Positions 8,615 to 18,002 of a stretch of DNA of 64,000 nt are shown here, one piece after another. The DNA comes from a virus. A model generated the notes under the pieces. It made no database searches, had not been told where the DNA came from, and saw nothing but the letters and a program-made list of their open reading frames with translations. Both the position numbers and the translations under genes were made by a program. Position 1 is the first letter of the stretch, and each line of letters starts with the position of its first letter. The DNA lies in the IMG/VR virus record IMGVR_UViG_3300036985_002657, positions 13,137 to 77,136 of that record, one strand, 5' to 3'.

Positions 8615-8727
8615 CGTCCGTGCCCGAGCGCACAGGCCGCGACGGTTGTGATGATCATCGCCATCCCCCACAGCAGGCAGGCCGTGAGAACGAGGCGGTC
8701 GCGCGTCGCTGCGCTGTAGCGGGTCAC
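8611..8727 (-). CDS. Small single-TM protein in the lysis cassette
   Basis: 38 aa, hydrophobic LVLTACLLWGMAMIITTVAAC; 4-bp overlaps with both neighbours. Confidence 0.45.
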   Translation of the reverse strand: MTRYSAATRDRLVLTACLLWGMAMIITTVAACALGHGR

Positions 8728-8909
8728 GACGCCACAGGCGGTTGCGCGCCCGGCTTGTGCGTGAACGTCACGAGGATGACAGCGAGTATGCCGAGCGTCT
8801 GGCGAACCCACTCCGGCGTTTCGGGTGGCAGCACAGGCATCACGGCAGCGATGATCGCCACTCCTGCGACCGACCACGCGACGATCTGATTCGATGATGG
8901 CGCTTTCAT
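8724..8909 (-). CDS. Putative class II holin
   Basis: 61 aa with two hydrophobic helices, upstream of the amidase. Confidence 0.55.
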   Translation of the reverse strand: MKAPSSNQIVAWSVAGVAIIAAVMPVLPPETPEWVRQTLGILAVILVTFTHKPGAQPPVAS

Positions 8910-9235
8910 GGCTTGATCTCCTTCGGGCAGTTACTCACTCGGCAACTCCGAAGTGCTAGGTCGCGCTCATCGCGCATCTTCTCGACGTTACCGCGCATCC
9001 GAACAAGTGCAATCTCCGAAGCAAAGAGCTTGTCTCGGAGCGCCTGCTTCGCCGCTTCGCTGTCTGCACGTTCGGTGTCGCGTGCGTTCTCGAGCATCGC
9101 GTGTTGCGTGCGAAGATGGTCGATCTCATCAGTGCGGGCTTGCCACGACGAGGACATTCGTGTTGCGACTGCGCGCACCGCGACTACCACCGATGGCGTC
9201 GCGGCGAGCGCGGTGAGGGCTTGCCATAACGTCAT
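8906..9235 (-). CDS. N-terminally anchored coiled-coil protein (holin-associated or i-spanin-like)
   Basis: Hydrophobic N-terminus, heptad-rich body, CxxxxC near the C-terminus; lysis context. Confidence 0.45.
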   Translation of the reverse strand: MTLWQALTALAATPSVVVAVRAVATRMSSSWQARTDEIDHLRTQHAMLENARDTERADSEAAKQALRDKLFASEIALVRMRGNVEKMRDERDLALRSCRVSNCPKEIKP

Positions 9236-9251
9236 GGCCCCGACTGTAGCA

Positions 9252-9659
9252 TCAGGGCAGGGACCGCAACGAGGATTCAAGCACGAACGGACTGACCGGC
9301 ATCACTGCGTCTCGCAGAGTGCCGCGCGCCAGCCAGATGTCGTAGACATACCGACCTGGGTCCGTGTAGCTGAACGCCGTTGCAGGTATCGAGAACACCG
9401 CACACCCGCTCAGTGGGGCGAAGACTACGGTGCCTGCGAGTACCAGAATCCGCTCGTCGCTGCTCGGTGTCCGCTTCACGGTGAGCTCGAGCGTGGCTCC
9501 TGTCAGGTCGATAGGAGCGCCGTCAGACCCGACCACGCGCAACGCCACGTCGAGTGTGCTGCCGCGCGTGTAGCGCAACGTCGTGCGAGGATTGACGGGC
9601 ACGCCGGTATCCCGCGCGCCTGCCATCTCCACGACACCCGTGAGGCCGACGGCAGCCAT
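9252..9659 (-). CDS. BppU-N-like Ig-fold virion protein
   Basis: RGST..V....DGAPIDLTGAT..LTVK...G.YVYDIW pattern. Confidence 0.5.
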   Translation of the reverse strand: MAAVGLTGVVEMAGARDTGVPVNPRTTLRYTRGSTLDVALRVVGSDGAPIDLTGATLELTVKRTPSSDERILVLAGTVVFAPLSGCAVFSIPATAFSYTDPGRYVYDIWLARGTLRDAVMPVSPFVLESSLRSLP

Positions 9660-9850
9660 CAGGTCGCGTGATGCTTCTTGTCGAGGTCCGCGTCAGTCTT
9701 GGCGCGCTCGACCGTCAGCGTTGCGTCGAGTACGGCGAGGAACTTGTCCCGTCCGCCGACCTTCGAGAACAGCGCGAACAGCGCGGGCGTCGCGTCGGCG
9801 AGTGCTCGAACGAAGTCGAGCGCGATGGTTCCTGCGCTGGTCGGCATCAC
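9659..9850 (-). CDS. Hypothetical protein
   Basis: 63 aa, coupled to both neighbours. Confidence 0.5.
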   Translation of the reverse strand: MMPTSAGTIALDFVRALADATPALFALFSKVGGRDKFLAVLDATLTVERAKTDADLDKKHHAT

Positions 9851-10092
9851 TGCGCTCCTTCGATGGCGGCGAGCGCGGCGTCGCAGCGAGTACGCTCGGC
9901 GGCGAGGTCACTTCGATCCTGCTCCGCAGTCGTGCCCTGCCGGTCCACGATGGCGCGCTCGTTCTGCGTGCACTGCGTGACTTCTGTCGTGTACCGCAGC
10001 CGCAGTTCGGCGTTCGGTGTGCACGATCCGAGGACGATGAACGCCGCGCCGATGAGTGCCAGGGCCGCGTGCGTCGGTGTGATGTCTCGCAT
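9847..10092 (-). CDS. Lipoprotein (possible o-spanin-like)
   Basis: Signal peptide with lipobox LGSC and two further Cys. Confidence 0.55.
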   Translation of the reverse strand: MRDITPTHAALALIGAAFIVLGSCTPNAELRLRYTTEVTQCTQNERAIVDRQGTTAEQDRSDLAAERTRCDAALAAIEGAQ

Positions 10093-10114
10093 GGTGTTCT
10101 TCTATCACGGCCCG

Positions 10115-10921
10115 CTACGGGCGGCCAAGTCCGTTGAAGTAGACATCGGCGGTGTCCACCGCCGGAACACGAACACAGCGCCCGACGATGCGGTTGTTCG
10201 TGCCTGTCACGCGCGCAAACACCCCAGCGTCGGAGATATAGATCAAGTCGTTCAGCGTCGCACCGACAACGGCCTGATCGAACACGAGTCCGAACGCGCG
10301 GAAGTAGCAGAGCTTCCCGGCCGTGAGCGTGCCGCCATCCACGGCAGCGAGTAGCGCAAAGCAGTCTGTCGTCGTCACGTCGACTGACGTGGCGGCGAAC
10401 AGGTAGAGCTCCGGCAACTGCTCCTCGCCAGGCAACCCTACTTTGATCGACACGATGGCAGAGACACGGTGCACTGCGCCGACAGCGGAGTTCGCGTGAA
10501 GAACCCCGACGATCACGCCAGGGTCCGCGCGCCAGGCGTCGAGTGCGCGAAGCTGCCCGTTGATCGCGGGCTCTGCCCAGCCTGCGATGCCTGCCTCGTC
10601 CGACTCACCCGCAGCCGGTACACGCTGGCGAGTCTTCAACTGCCGGATGCCGACTACGGTCTGGTCCCGCTGCTCGCTCGGAAGGCTCTGGTTGACGATC
10701 AACTGAAGCAGATACGTCCCCTCCTTGCGGGGCGTGAGCGTCGGGTTCTGAATCGCCACGTTCGACAGAGCATCGCCGACACCCGGCGGCTGGCTGAGAA
10801 TCGTCCACAGATATGTTACCTCCCCACCCGTGTTTGCGTTGTCGAGTTGAACTAGCGTGTTGATCGGCAGGTCCGTATTCGGACCTGCGACCGTGTTGAT
10901 CTTGATGAGTGCCTGCGTCAT
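10115..10921 (-). CDS. Tail/baseplate protein with PKD-like domain
   Basis: TYLWTILSQPPG...PTLTPRKEGTYLLQLIV; end of the tail module. Confidence 0.55.
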   Translation of the reverse strand: MTQALIKINTVAGPNTDLPINTLVQLDNANTGGEVTYLWTILSQPPGVGDALSNVAIQNPTLTPRKEGTYLLQLIVNQSLPSEQRDQTVVGIRQLKTRQRVPAAGESDEAGIAGWAEPAINGQLRALDAWRADPGVIVGVLHANSAVGAVHRVSAIVSIKVGLPGEEQLPELYLFAATSVDVTTTDCFALLAAVDGGTLTAGKLCYFRAFGLVFDQAVVGATLNDLIYISDAGVFARVTGTNNRIVGRCVRVPAVDTADVYFNGLGRP

Positions 10922-10924
10922 GGC

Positions 10925-12361
10925 TCAGTACCAGAACTTCGAGAGCTTGAGCGTGCAGGTCGACGCGGCGTTCGGGATATTCAAGTCCACACCGAGCGTG
11001 AAGCTGCTGGACCCGTTCACTTTCGCGGACACGTCGAGGTCGAAGAACTGCGGTGACGCGACATCGTCATCGACGTTCGCATACCCCTCATGAATCGCCA
11101 GCGACCCGATCGGTGAGGCGGCGACAGATACCGGCGTGAACCCGGCGGCGGCTCCTACCCAGTACCCGTTGACTCTGTAGCGAGCGACGTTCGCAGGCAG
11201 GTTCGCGGGCGTGAGATTGTTCGCGCCCAGCACGGGCGGCGCGAGTGATGCGATCTGCACTGCGTTCGCGGTGCCGCCCAGATAGTCGAACTGCCGCAGA
11301 TCGGCCGACTGCATAGGCACCCAGCCGGTGTTTGCTGCGTTGCGACGAATCGCCCCAATGAAATACGCGGTATCGGAGGCGGCGTCGGTGACGCCGTATG
11401 GCGACGGCAGTTGGATCGCGGCACCGTTTCGTCTCGCGTTTGACGATGGCGTGACGCTCGAGAGAACGAGTACACCCTCGACGGCGATCTGCGTGTCCAT
11501 CTTGCGCACGGTATGCGATCCAGCCCACGGAGCCAGATACAGGTAATACCAAGTGCTCGCAGCGATCGCCGTCGTGGGCGACAAGTAGGATGCGTTACTC
11601 GGGTCAATGGCGACCTGCGTCTGGATGACGCGGTGCCCGTACATCCCGTCGATGTCAGCGTCGAGCGTGACGACAGTAGGCGCTGCTGCCGTGACGATGA
11701 GCCGCCCACCGTTGACCTTCGGCGCGATGGTAGAGGGCGCGTCGAACGGCCCCTGCATCGGGCGGGCGTCCACGATGTCGGTGGCGACGAGTGCGCCGCC
11801 GCCTGCCGCGCGCCGGATCGCGCAGATCGGAACCCAGTTACCCCCGCTCGGTGCGGGCGCGTGCGCGGTCACAGTCGTCACGCACTGAAACACAAGCTGG
11901 CGCTCGACCTGCTTCGGCAGCGCCGTCGGCACGAAGTTGCCGGTCAGCGAGTTCAGAACATCACGGCTCTCTGTCGTCGTTGTGACTTCGACCATCTGCG
12001 CTTCGATCAGAAAGATGCTGTCCACACCAGGCGTGGCGAGCGTCATCGTGTACGGCGCGCGAAGCACACCGATCCGGTAACTCGAGTCCAGCGCACCCGG
12101 CGCAGGCGCGAGAGTCGCGGAACTCTGAAGCAGCGCGCCCGCAGCGATGACGATGTTCGTCCCGCTGGGCGTGACCGTCAGCCCGCCGAGGACGCAGTTT
12201 CGTGGCGTGACTGCGAGCCCCGGTACACCGAGCAACTGCTGGATGCTGGCATAGTTGAGCAGGTCGAGCAGCGTGCGCGCCTGCATCGACTGAAGGTTGT
12301 TGAGGTCCGTCGAACTCGGGCGCTCGCGGACATTGATCGTGACGTGGTCTGCGCCTGACAT
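10925..12361 (-). CDS. Tail fibre/baseplate-attached protein
   Basis: N-terminal DLNNLQ fibre-base motif, beta-rich, AASTWYYLYL; follows the baseplate wedge genes. Confidence 0.55.
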   Translation of the reverse strand: MSGADHVTINVRERPSSTDLNNLQSMQARTLLDLLNYASIQQLLGVPGLAVTPRNCVLGGLTVTPSGTNIVIAAGALLQSSATLAPAPGALDSSYRIGVLRAPYTMTLATPGVDSIFLIEAQMVEVTTTTESRDVLNSLTGNFVPTALPKQVERQLVFQCVTTVTAHAPAPSGGNWVPICAIRRAAGGGALVATDIVDARPMQGPFDAPSTIAPKVNGGRLIVTAAAPTVVTLDADIDGMYGHRVIQTQVAIDPSNASYLSPTTAIAASTWYYLYLAPWAGSHTVRKMDTQIAVEGVLVLSSVTPSSNARRNGAAIQLPSPYGVTDAASDTAYFIGAIRRNAANTGWVPMQSADLRQFDYLGGTANAVQIASLAPPVLGANNLTPANLPANVARYRVNGYWVGAAAGFTPVSVAASPIGSLAIHEGYANVDDDVASPQFFDLDVSAKVNGSSSFTLGVDLNIPNAASTCTLKLSKFWY

Positions 12362-12370
12362 GAGAGCTCC

Positions 12371-13660
12371 TTACGGTCGGATCGTTTCGATGATGGCGGC
12401 TACGCCGATCGGCTTGATAGCTTGCAGGTCACTCCACAGCGCAGCATAGATCGCGGCGCGTGCGAAGTCCCAACCATCGTAGCAGGCAGGGTAGACCAGT
12501 GCGGCAGGGTCCGTCGAGGCACCGTCGTATGCGGGCGTCCCGCGTTGCTTGCCGGTGCTGGGATCGCGGAAGTCAGACGGCCCACTGCCGGGGTCGTCGT
12601 AGGCGAACCCAACATCGAGGATCGTGAAGTCCTGCGGCACGATGACGAAGAACGCACCGCGATACTCGACCTCGTCGAGATAGCGATTGCGGAACGGAGC
12701 GGGGTCGCGCGGGTCGTCGTAGACAAACACGCCCTGATCGTAGAGCGGATTCGCGGGCGGCACCGGCTGGTAGCTGATCGTGCCGATGTTAGGACTCGGC
12801 GCGTCGTAGCACTCCTGATAGCGGTGCTCCCAGACTTCGATGATGTCGAACGGGATGCCTGCGGGGGCGAGCCTGCGCTCAACGCCTCGGCGGATCGCGT
12901 CAGGACTGACCACGTCAGGCAGACTGCGCACGCGAACGCGCAACTGATCATCCGACTCTCCCGCTGCGCGAGCGACTTCGCGGTTCGCGCCGAGCCCGTC
13001 TAGGTCTGCGCTCTTGCCGAGGATCGTCGGAAACGAAATCTGCGCGACAGTGATGCTCGCGTCGCCGTAGACTGGATCGAGAATATATGTCTCGACGCTG
13101 TCGATCTCGCCCGTGAGCGTGATACCGCTCGAGGTAACAACCTCGCCCTGGACGTTGAACTCCCAGCCGGTTGCCTCGGCTTCGACAAGCCCGTTGACAG
13201 ACAGCGCGACGTTGCTCAGGTACACGTCCTCGAGTAGCGCGAAGCGCCGGTTGTGGCGGCTGGCCTTGACGACAGTGCCCGCTTTGATCGTCACCGCCCC
13301 GCCCGCGACAGTCGGCCTCGAGAACTGAACAGGGATGATCGTTCGCGCGCCGCCTGTGGCGAAGACGACGAACGAACTACACTCGAGCCTCCCGACTGCG
13401 GACGACAGGCGCGCGCCGAGCGCAGAGAACATCTGAAGGATCTCATACCCGGCGTTCTCCGACAGCTTCATCGGGGCCAGATAGTCGTACGGCAGCAGTC
13501 GATCGCACAGGTCGAGAAAGTGCTGCTGGTCGTACACGACGGCGTTACACGCCAACGCCGCGCCGCTGATCACGCCGAGTGTCGACGGGAACGCGGGCAG
13601 CATCCCGACTCCGCTGGTCGGTGCGCCGTACAGAAGTGTGAAGCTCAGCGAGACGGGCAT
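12371..13660 (-). CDS. Baseplate wedge protein (J/I-like)
   Basis: IKAGTVV, VEAEATG..FN, LD..G..R.V.R..GESDDQLRVR, IKPIG. Confidence 0.7.
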   Translation of the reverse strand: MPVSLSFTLLYGAPTSGVGMLPAFPSTLGVISGAALACNAVVYDQQHFLDLCDRLLPYDYLAPMKLSENAGYEILQMFSALGARLSSAVGRLECSSFVVFATGGARTIIPVQFSRPTVAGGAVTIKAGTVVKASRHNRRFALLEDVYLSNVALSVNGLVEAEATGWEFNVQGEVVTSSGITLTGEIDSVETYILDPVYGDASITVAQISFPTILGKSADLDGLGANREVARAAGESDDQLRVRVRSLPDVVSPDAIRRGVERRLAPAGIPFDIIEVWEHRYQECYDAPSPNIGTISYQPVPPANPLYDQGVFVYDDPRDPAPFRNRYLDEVEYRGAFFVIVPQDFTILDVGFAYDDPGSGPSDFRDPSTGKQRGTPAYDGASTDPAALVYPACYDGWDFARAAIYAALWSDLQAIKPIGVAAIIETIRP

Positions 13661-13669
13661 CTCAGTTCC

Positions 13670-14113
13670 TTACGGCGGTGGGATCGGATCGCCGCCACCA
13701 CCGAGGGCTGCGAGTTCGTTGCCGGTCGTACTGAAGGCATAAGCGCGGAGCATCGGCGCGTCGGGCCAGACAGGGACACGGAGCACGGAGTACCGATACC
13801 CGCTCGTGATCGCGCTGCGTGTGCTGCTCTTTTCGTAGGCGACGGTGAACGCACTGCCGTCGTGAACAAGCTCAGTGAAACCAAGCCCTGCGAACTCCAC
13901 ACAGACGAGCGTGCGCAGATCGCCGAACAGCACGTCGAAGATGACAGGCGTCGTCGGGAGAACGGTCTGCTCGAGCGGGCCGACCAGTGTGAAGCTCGGA
14001 GTGATCACGACAGGCACGTTGTTCGTGTAGGCATCGAAGTAGTACGCGAGCGCCGAGGGCAGCACCTCGGAGCCCAGGTCATTCGTCTGCACGACTGCGC
14101 CGATGTCAGCCAT
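13670..14113 (-). CDS. Hypothetical virion protein
   Basis: 147 aa in the baseplate module. Confidence 0.55.
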   Translation of the reverse strand: MADIGAVVQTNDLGSEVLPSALAYYFDAYTNNVPVVITPSFTLVGPLEQTVLPTTPVIFDVLFGDLRTLVCVEFAGLGFTELVHDGSAFTVAYEKSSTRSAITSGYRYSVLRVPVWPDAPMLRAYAFSTTGNELAALGGGGDPIPPP

Positions 14114-14116
14114 CGA

Positions 14117-15145
14117 TCAACCGTGCGGCGAGGCAGTAGCCCCGTCCCAGAAGACGATCGACTGGTTGCCGCTGGCGAACTTCGCAAACGTCAGCGCAGA
14201 GAAGGTGCTGTACTGCGCGTGGGTCGTCATGCTGTAGCGGAACGACCGAGTCCAGCCCTTGCGCTCTTGATGCGCCGTCTCCTCTTTGATGATCAAGATG
14301 CGGTCAAGAAAGTATTTCGTCCCGGCCGAGTAACGGTCGAGCGCGATGGTATTTATGATCGACCCGGCGGTAGCGTACACGCTAATCGACCCAGAGCCGA
14401 ACTGACTCCACGCGCCGTCCGCGCGGTATCCCCACCACGGGCCGCTCGTCCCGGTCGCCGAGTCCGTCTGCCATTCAGGAGCGAAGTCATACGACCCATA
14501 ACTCCCGGTCGCGGAGGTCGCGCACTGGAACGCATACGGCTCTGGGTCCACGCCCTGCGTGGTGCAGTAGGGGTCGAGGATGGCGCACTTGAGCGAGTGC
14601 GCCCAAGTGTTCGCGCTGTAGGCGGGGCTGCTGCCGAAGATGAAAAACGATCCGCCGTCAGAGCCAGCTACGTCCTTGACTCCGATCTGAAGCACCCCAA
14701 TCGTCTGTCCCGCGCCGCCCATCCAGGCTGCCCAAGCCGCCCCACTTCCGCGCAGGTAGCCTGCGGTCGCAGGGATAGTGCCGGGGTTCGTCGCGGTCAT
14801 ACCCGCGCTCAGCGCGAACTGGTCCGTGCTCTTGGCGATGATGATCTTACCGTTCCAGTTATCTGTGGTCTGACGCCACAGCACTATCTCAAACCCTAGC
14901 GTCGGGTTCCGCAGGCAGCACCATGCGCTCGGGGCCGCCGCCCCTCCCACCGGGTTCAGGCTTGTCCAGTAGTCCGTGCCCGATCCCGGCGTGATCGAGC
15001 CGACAGACGACCCGGCAAAGCTGACTCCGTCGCCGCACGCTTTGAGCTCGTAACCCGCGGCCATCAGCTCCGTGCCGAGCTTCCAGATGGCCCACCAGGC
15101 ATGGGTCTGGGCTGGCGCATAGTTCGTTAGGAATCGATCAGCCAT
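14117..15145 (-). CDS. Hypothetical virion protein (Trp/Gly-rich, fibre-like)
   Basis: 342 aa, coupled to baseplate J. Confidence 0.55.
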   Translation of the reverse strand: MADRFLTNYAPAQTHAWWAIWKLGTELMAAGYELKACGDGVSFAGSSVGSITPGSGTDYWTSLNPVGGAAAPSAWCCLRNPTLGFEIVLWRQTTDNWNGKIIIAKSTDQFALSAGMTATNPGTIPATAGYLRGSGAAWAAWMGGAGQTIGVLQIGVKDVAGSDGGSFFIFGSSPAYSANTWAHSLKCAILDPYCTTQGVDPEPYAFQCATSATGSYGSYDFAPEWQTDSATGTSGPWWGYRADGAWSQFGSGSISVYATAGSIINTIALDRYSAGTKYFLDRILIIKEETAHQERKGWTRSFRYSMTTHAQYSTFSALTFAKFASGNQSIVFWDGATASPHG

Positions 15146-16344
15146 CAGACACCATCCGGGTTCGCGGAGCCTTGGAGCGCGCGGTCAGGCTGCATGGTAG
15201 ACGCGACAACCATCCCGAGCGAGGTGCGCAGAACTTGCAGCGTCTCGGCCAGGACATCGCCGGGCGGCGAGAGCACTTCCCCGCCTCCGACGATCAGGCC
15301 AGGCACGACCTGCAATCCAGCGATGATCGCCGCCGTCGTAAGAGCTTCGCCAGGCGACAGCGCGTTGACAATCTGCACGACGCGGCTGCGCGCCTGAAGT
15401 GCGACCGAGTCCGCGTCGACTCCGGCTTGGAACGACAGGCCGAGGATCACAGGCTGCATCACAACCTGCGCAACCATCACGTCGATATAGATCCCGATCG
15501 GGCGCGTGTCGCTAAGATTGCTGAACACCTGCGCCGCGAGAAGCTGACTCTGCGCCTGATAGGTGGCAGGCGTCGGCGTGACGTTCACCAGATCGCTCGT
15601 GAACGGATCGGAGATCACAAGCTGCGCCGCCTTCACAGGCCGCCCAAAGGCATCGACATACTCGAAGGTCTGCGCAGACTGGACACCGTTGGACTCGAGC
15701 GCAGCCGAGCGAACTGCCGCCGCCGTCCCACGCCGCACCGACCCGAAGAACAGCCGAGCGCGCGCACGATAGTTGTCGTCGCCCTCCTCATCTGCGCCGC
15801 CCGCAGTCGCCGTGAGATTCGTCACAGTGAGATCGGCAGGAGCGCCCGTGATGGTGTCGCGCAGTGACGTGATCGTGCCGATGGCGGCTTGCTGGCTCGC
15901 GCCCGCGAGTACCGACTGCACGGCAGCGTAAACCGGGCCGGTCGCGCCATAGGCAAACGTGGCGGATTGCGTGGTGACGAACTGCTTTCCATCCGGCGTC
16001 GAGAGCTTGGCTCCCTTCGGGATAGCGAACGCTGCGGCTGCGGGCACGGTTGTTCGGAACGCCACTGATCCGAACGAAGGCGACGCAGACTTGCGCGGCA
16101 TATTGAGCCGGTCGAACACGAGCCGGTCGAGCTGATCTCCTCGAGCGGAGTCGAGGAACAGCCCCGCTGCTACGCGCGTGAGTTGCCCCGTGACCTCGTC
16201 AGCCATCGCCGCGCCCGCAGCGACCATCACGTTCGCGTCGCTGCCTGGGCGCTCGATCACCTCGAGAGTCAGGCGCGAGTTCCTGGCGAGGATCTCATCG
16301 CGTGCGATCCGAAAGAAGTCTTGGAACGTCGGAAGATCAGCCAC
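15145..16344 (-). CDS. Baseplate J-like protein
   Basis: LDSARGDQLD, IPKG..L.T, GGADEEGDDNYRAR, RGT..A, RPIG. Confidence 0.88.
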   Translation of the reverse strand: MADLPTFQDFFRIARDEILARNSRLTLEVIERPGSDANVMVAAGAAMADEVTGQLTRVAAGLFLDSARGDQLDRLVFDRLNMPRKSASPSFGSVAFRTTVPAAAAFAIPKGAKLSTPDGKQFVTTQSATFAYGATGPVYAAVQSVLAGASQQAAIGTITSLRDTITGAPADLTVTNLTATAGGADEEGDDNYRARARLFFGSVRRGTAAAVRSAALESNGVQSAQTFEYVDAFGRPVKAAQLVISDPFTSDLVNVTPTPATYQAQSQLLAAQVFSNLSDTRPIGIYIDVMVAQVVMQPVILGLSFQAGVDADSVALQARSRVVQIVNALSPGEALTTAAIIAGLQVVPGLIVGGGEVLSPPGDVLAETLQVLRTSLGMVVASTMQPDRALQGSANPDGV

Positions 16345-16351
16345 GAGAACC

Positions 16352-17134
16352 TCAGAGATTGACGAGCGTTGTCGGGAGCTCGAAGCTCACAGTCACAGCC
16401 GCTTGTGTCTTCGTCAGGATTGCGCGAACGGTAACAGTTAGCACGCCGCTCGTCGCCATCGCGATGCCGACGGTTGCGGAATCGACTTCCGGCTCGTTGA
16501 GTGTCTGCATCTGGATCTCGGTTCGCAGCTTGACGAGATCAGGAGTTCGCATCGGCTCTTTGAGCTTGAGCCCGATGCCGTAGTTCGGCAGGTGAAAGAA
16601 CTCCCCACGCGCGCTCATCAGTCGCCGGAAGATCAGCTTGCGCAGAAGGTCCGCGCCGCTGACTTCCTCGTAGTCGCCACTGCTCCCGACGTGGATCGTT
16701 CCGGCTGCCGCCGTCTCGTTGCCGAACGGCGGATTGCTGATGTCGATCGTCTGCGCGCTCTGCTGCGGTGTCTGGTAGAACACACCCGAGAAGGTGGCGC
16801 TGACTGGTAGGCTGATCAGCCTGCCGTCGAGTGCGCGGAGGAACGGCGCGGAGACTGTGAGCGTCTCGGGGTACGCGGGCAGCTTGCTCATCAGGAACAG
16901 TTCGACCTCGTCACCGAGGCTGACAACCATCGCCGCTTCGACGAGCACGGTTGACCCGTCCGCGCGAGTGACCGTCCACGTCGTCGGATCTTGCGCTATC
17001 GCCAGAGCGACTGACCGCGACAGCACGACACGCACACCGCGCGCGCTGGTGGCGTAGGCGCGCGTCATCGAGAGCTCGGCAGGGACACTGAACCCCCACG
17101 CGCTCGAGCCCCACGCTCCGGTTCCCCAGCCCAT
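16352..17134 (-). CDS. Baseplate wedge/sheath initiator (gp25/gpW-like C-terminus)
   Basis: VSG.D.L...I.RRL....GEFFHLPNYG, EPEV; N-terminal GWG..AWG..AWG. Confidence 0.7.
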   Translation of the reverse strand: MGWGTGAWGSSAWGFSVPAELSMTRAYATSARGVRVVLSRSVALAIAQDPTTWTVTRADGSTVLVEAAMVVSLGDEVELFLMSKLPAYPETLTVSAPFLRALDGRLISLPVSATFSGVFYQTPQQSAQTIDISNPPFGNETAAAGTIHVGSSGDYEEVSGADLLRKLIFRRLMSARGEFFHLPNYGIGLKLKEPMRTPDLVKLRTEIQMQTLNEPEVDSATVGIAMATSGVLTVTVRAILTKTQAAVTVSFELPTTLVNL

Positions 17135-17373
17135 CAGACGATGACTCCGATGCCTGCGCCCGGTCCCGAGACACCGATGCCGGGCGAGACAAGCGACACA
17201 CTGGCGACCGTGACCGTGACCTGCGCGGTTAGCGTGATATGCGCGACGATCGCGTTCCCGATTGCGTGCCAGATCGCGGTACGCTGCTCTGGCGATGCAG
17301 CTTGTGAGCCTGCCACAGCAGAGTCGATCGCGGCGAGAATCTGCTCGCCGAGCAGGATACCATTCATCGCCAT
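17134..17373 (-). CDS. Small baseplate protein (spike-tip-like position)
   Basis: 79 aa MAMNG..., AIGNAIVAHI...G.G.I; ATG overlaps the upstream stop. Confidence 0.5.
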   Translation of the reverse strand: MAMNGILLGEQILAAIDSAVAGSQAASPEQRTAIWHAIGNAIVAHITLTAQVTVTVASVSLVSPGIGVSGPGAGIGVIV

Positions 17374-18002
17374 CAGGTTTTCCTCGCCATCACTCGAGAG
17401 CTCGCGTTCCCGAGAGCTCCGTACGTCAGACCCGTAAATGGGTCGATTCCCTGCGCCACCACCACACCGTCCATGAGCGGCTGCATCGTAGCACCGCTGC
17501 CGAGATAGACATTCCCTGCGCCAGCGATCTCGATGACGTAAGAGCCGTCGCCCTCCACCTTCACGTCGACACCATCGCCACCGCCCGAGGTGCGCAGCTT
17601 GAACTTCTGCCCTGGCTTGACGCGCAGGATGCGATCGGCAGTCGGTGCTTCGGTGTCGGTGGCAGAGCGCATCTCGGCGTAGGGCTTGTCGCCCGCGTTC
17701 CACGCACGACTCACAACCCAAGGACCGCCAGCGGCGTCCCCGTCAGGCACAGCGACAAGCACGGTATCGTTGAGCTCGAGCCCACACCAGTCGCCGAACT
17801 CCGCACCCGCGTAGTTGGACCCGATGAGACACGTCTCGGTGACGCCTGAAGGCTGGAACGTCACGTCAGCGAACGCCCCGTGCGCCTCATCGAACCCGAG
17901 TTCCGTGACGACTGCGAGCGTGAGCCACACGCGCGGGTCGATGCCGGGGCGCGAGACTGCGCTCGAGAGTGCGCCCACGTCTGTTGAACCACGCACGGAC
18001 AT
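17373..18002 (-). CDS. Baseplate central spike (gpV/gp45-like)
   Basis: OB-fold-like N-terminus (DTVLVAVPDGD...PWVV) followed by beta repeats; follows the hub gene. Confidence 0.65.
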   Translation of the reverse strand: MSVRGSTDVGALSSAVSRPGIDPRVWLTLAVVTELGFDEAHGAFADVTFQPSGVTETCLIGSNYAGAEFGDWCGLELNDTVLVAVPDGDAAGGPWVVSRAWNAGDKPYAEMRSATDTEAPTADRILRVKPGQKFKLRTSGGGDGVDVKVEGDGSYVIEIAGAGNVYLGSGATMQPLMDGVVVAQGIDPFTGLTYGALGNASSRVMARKT

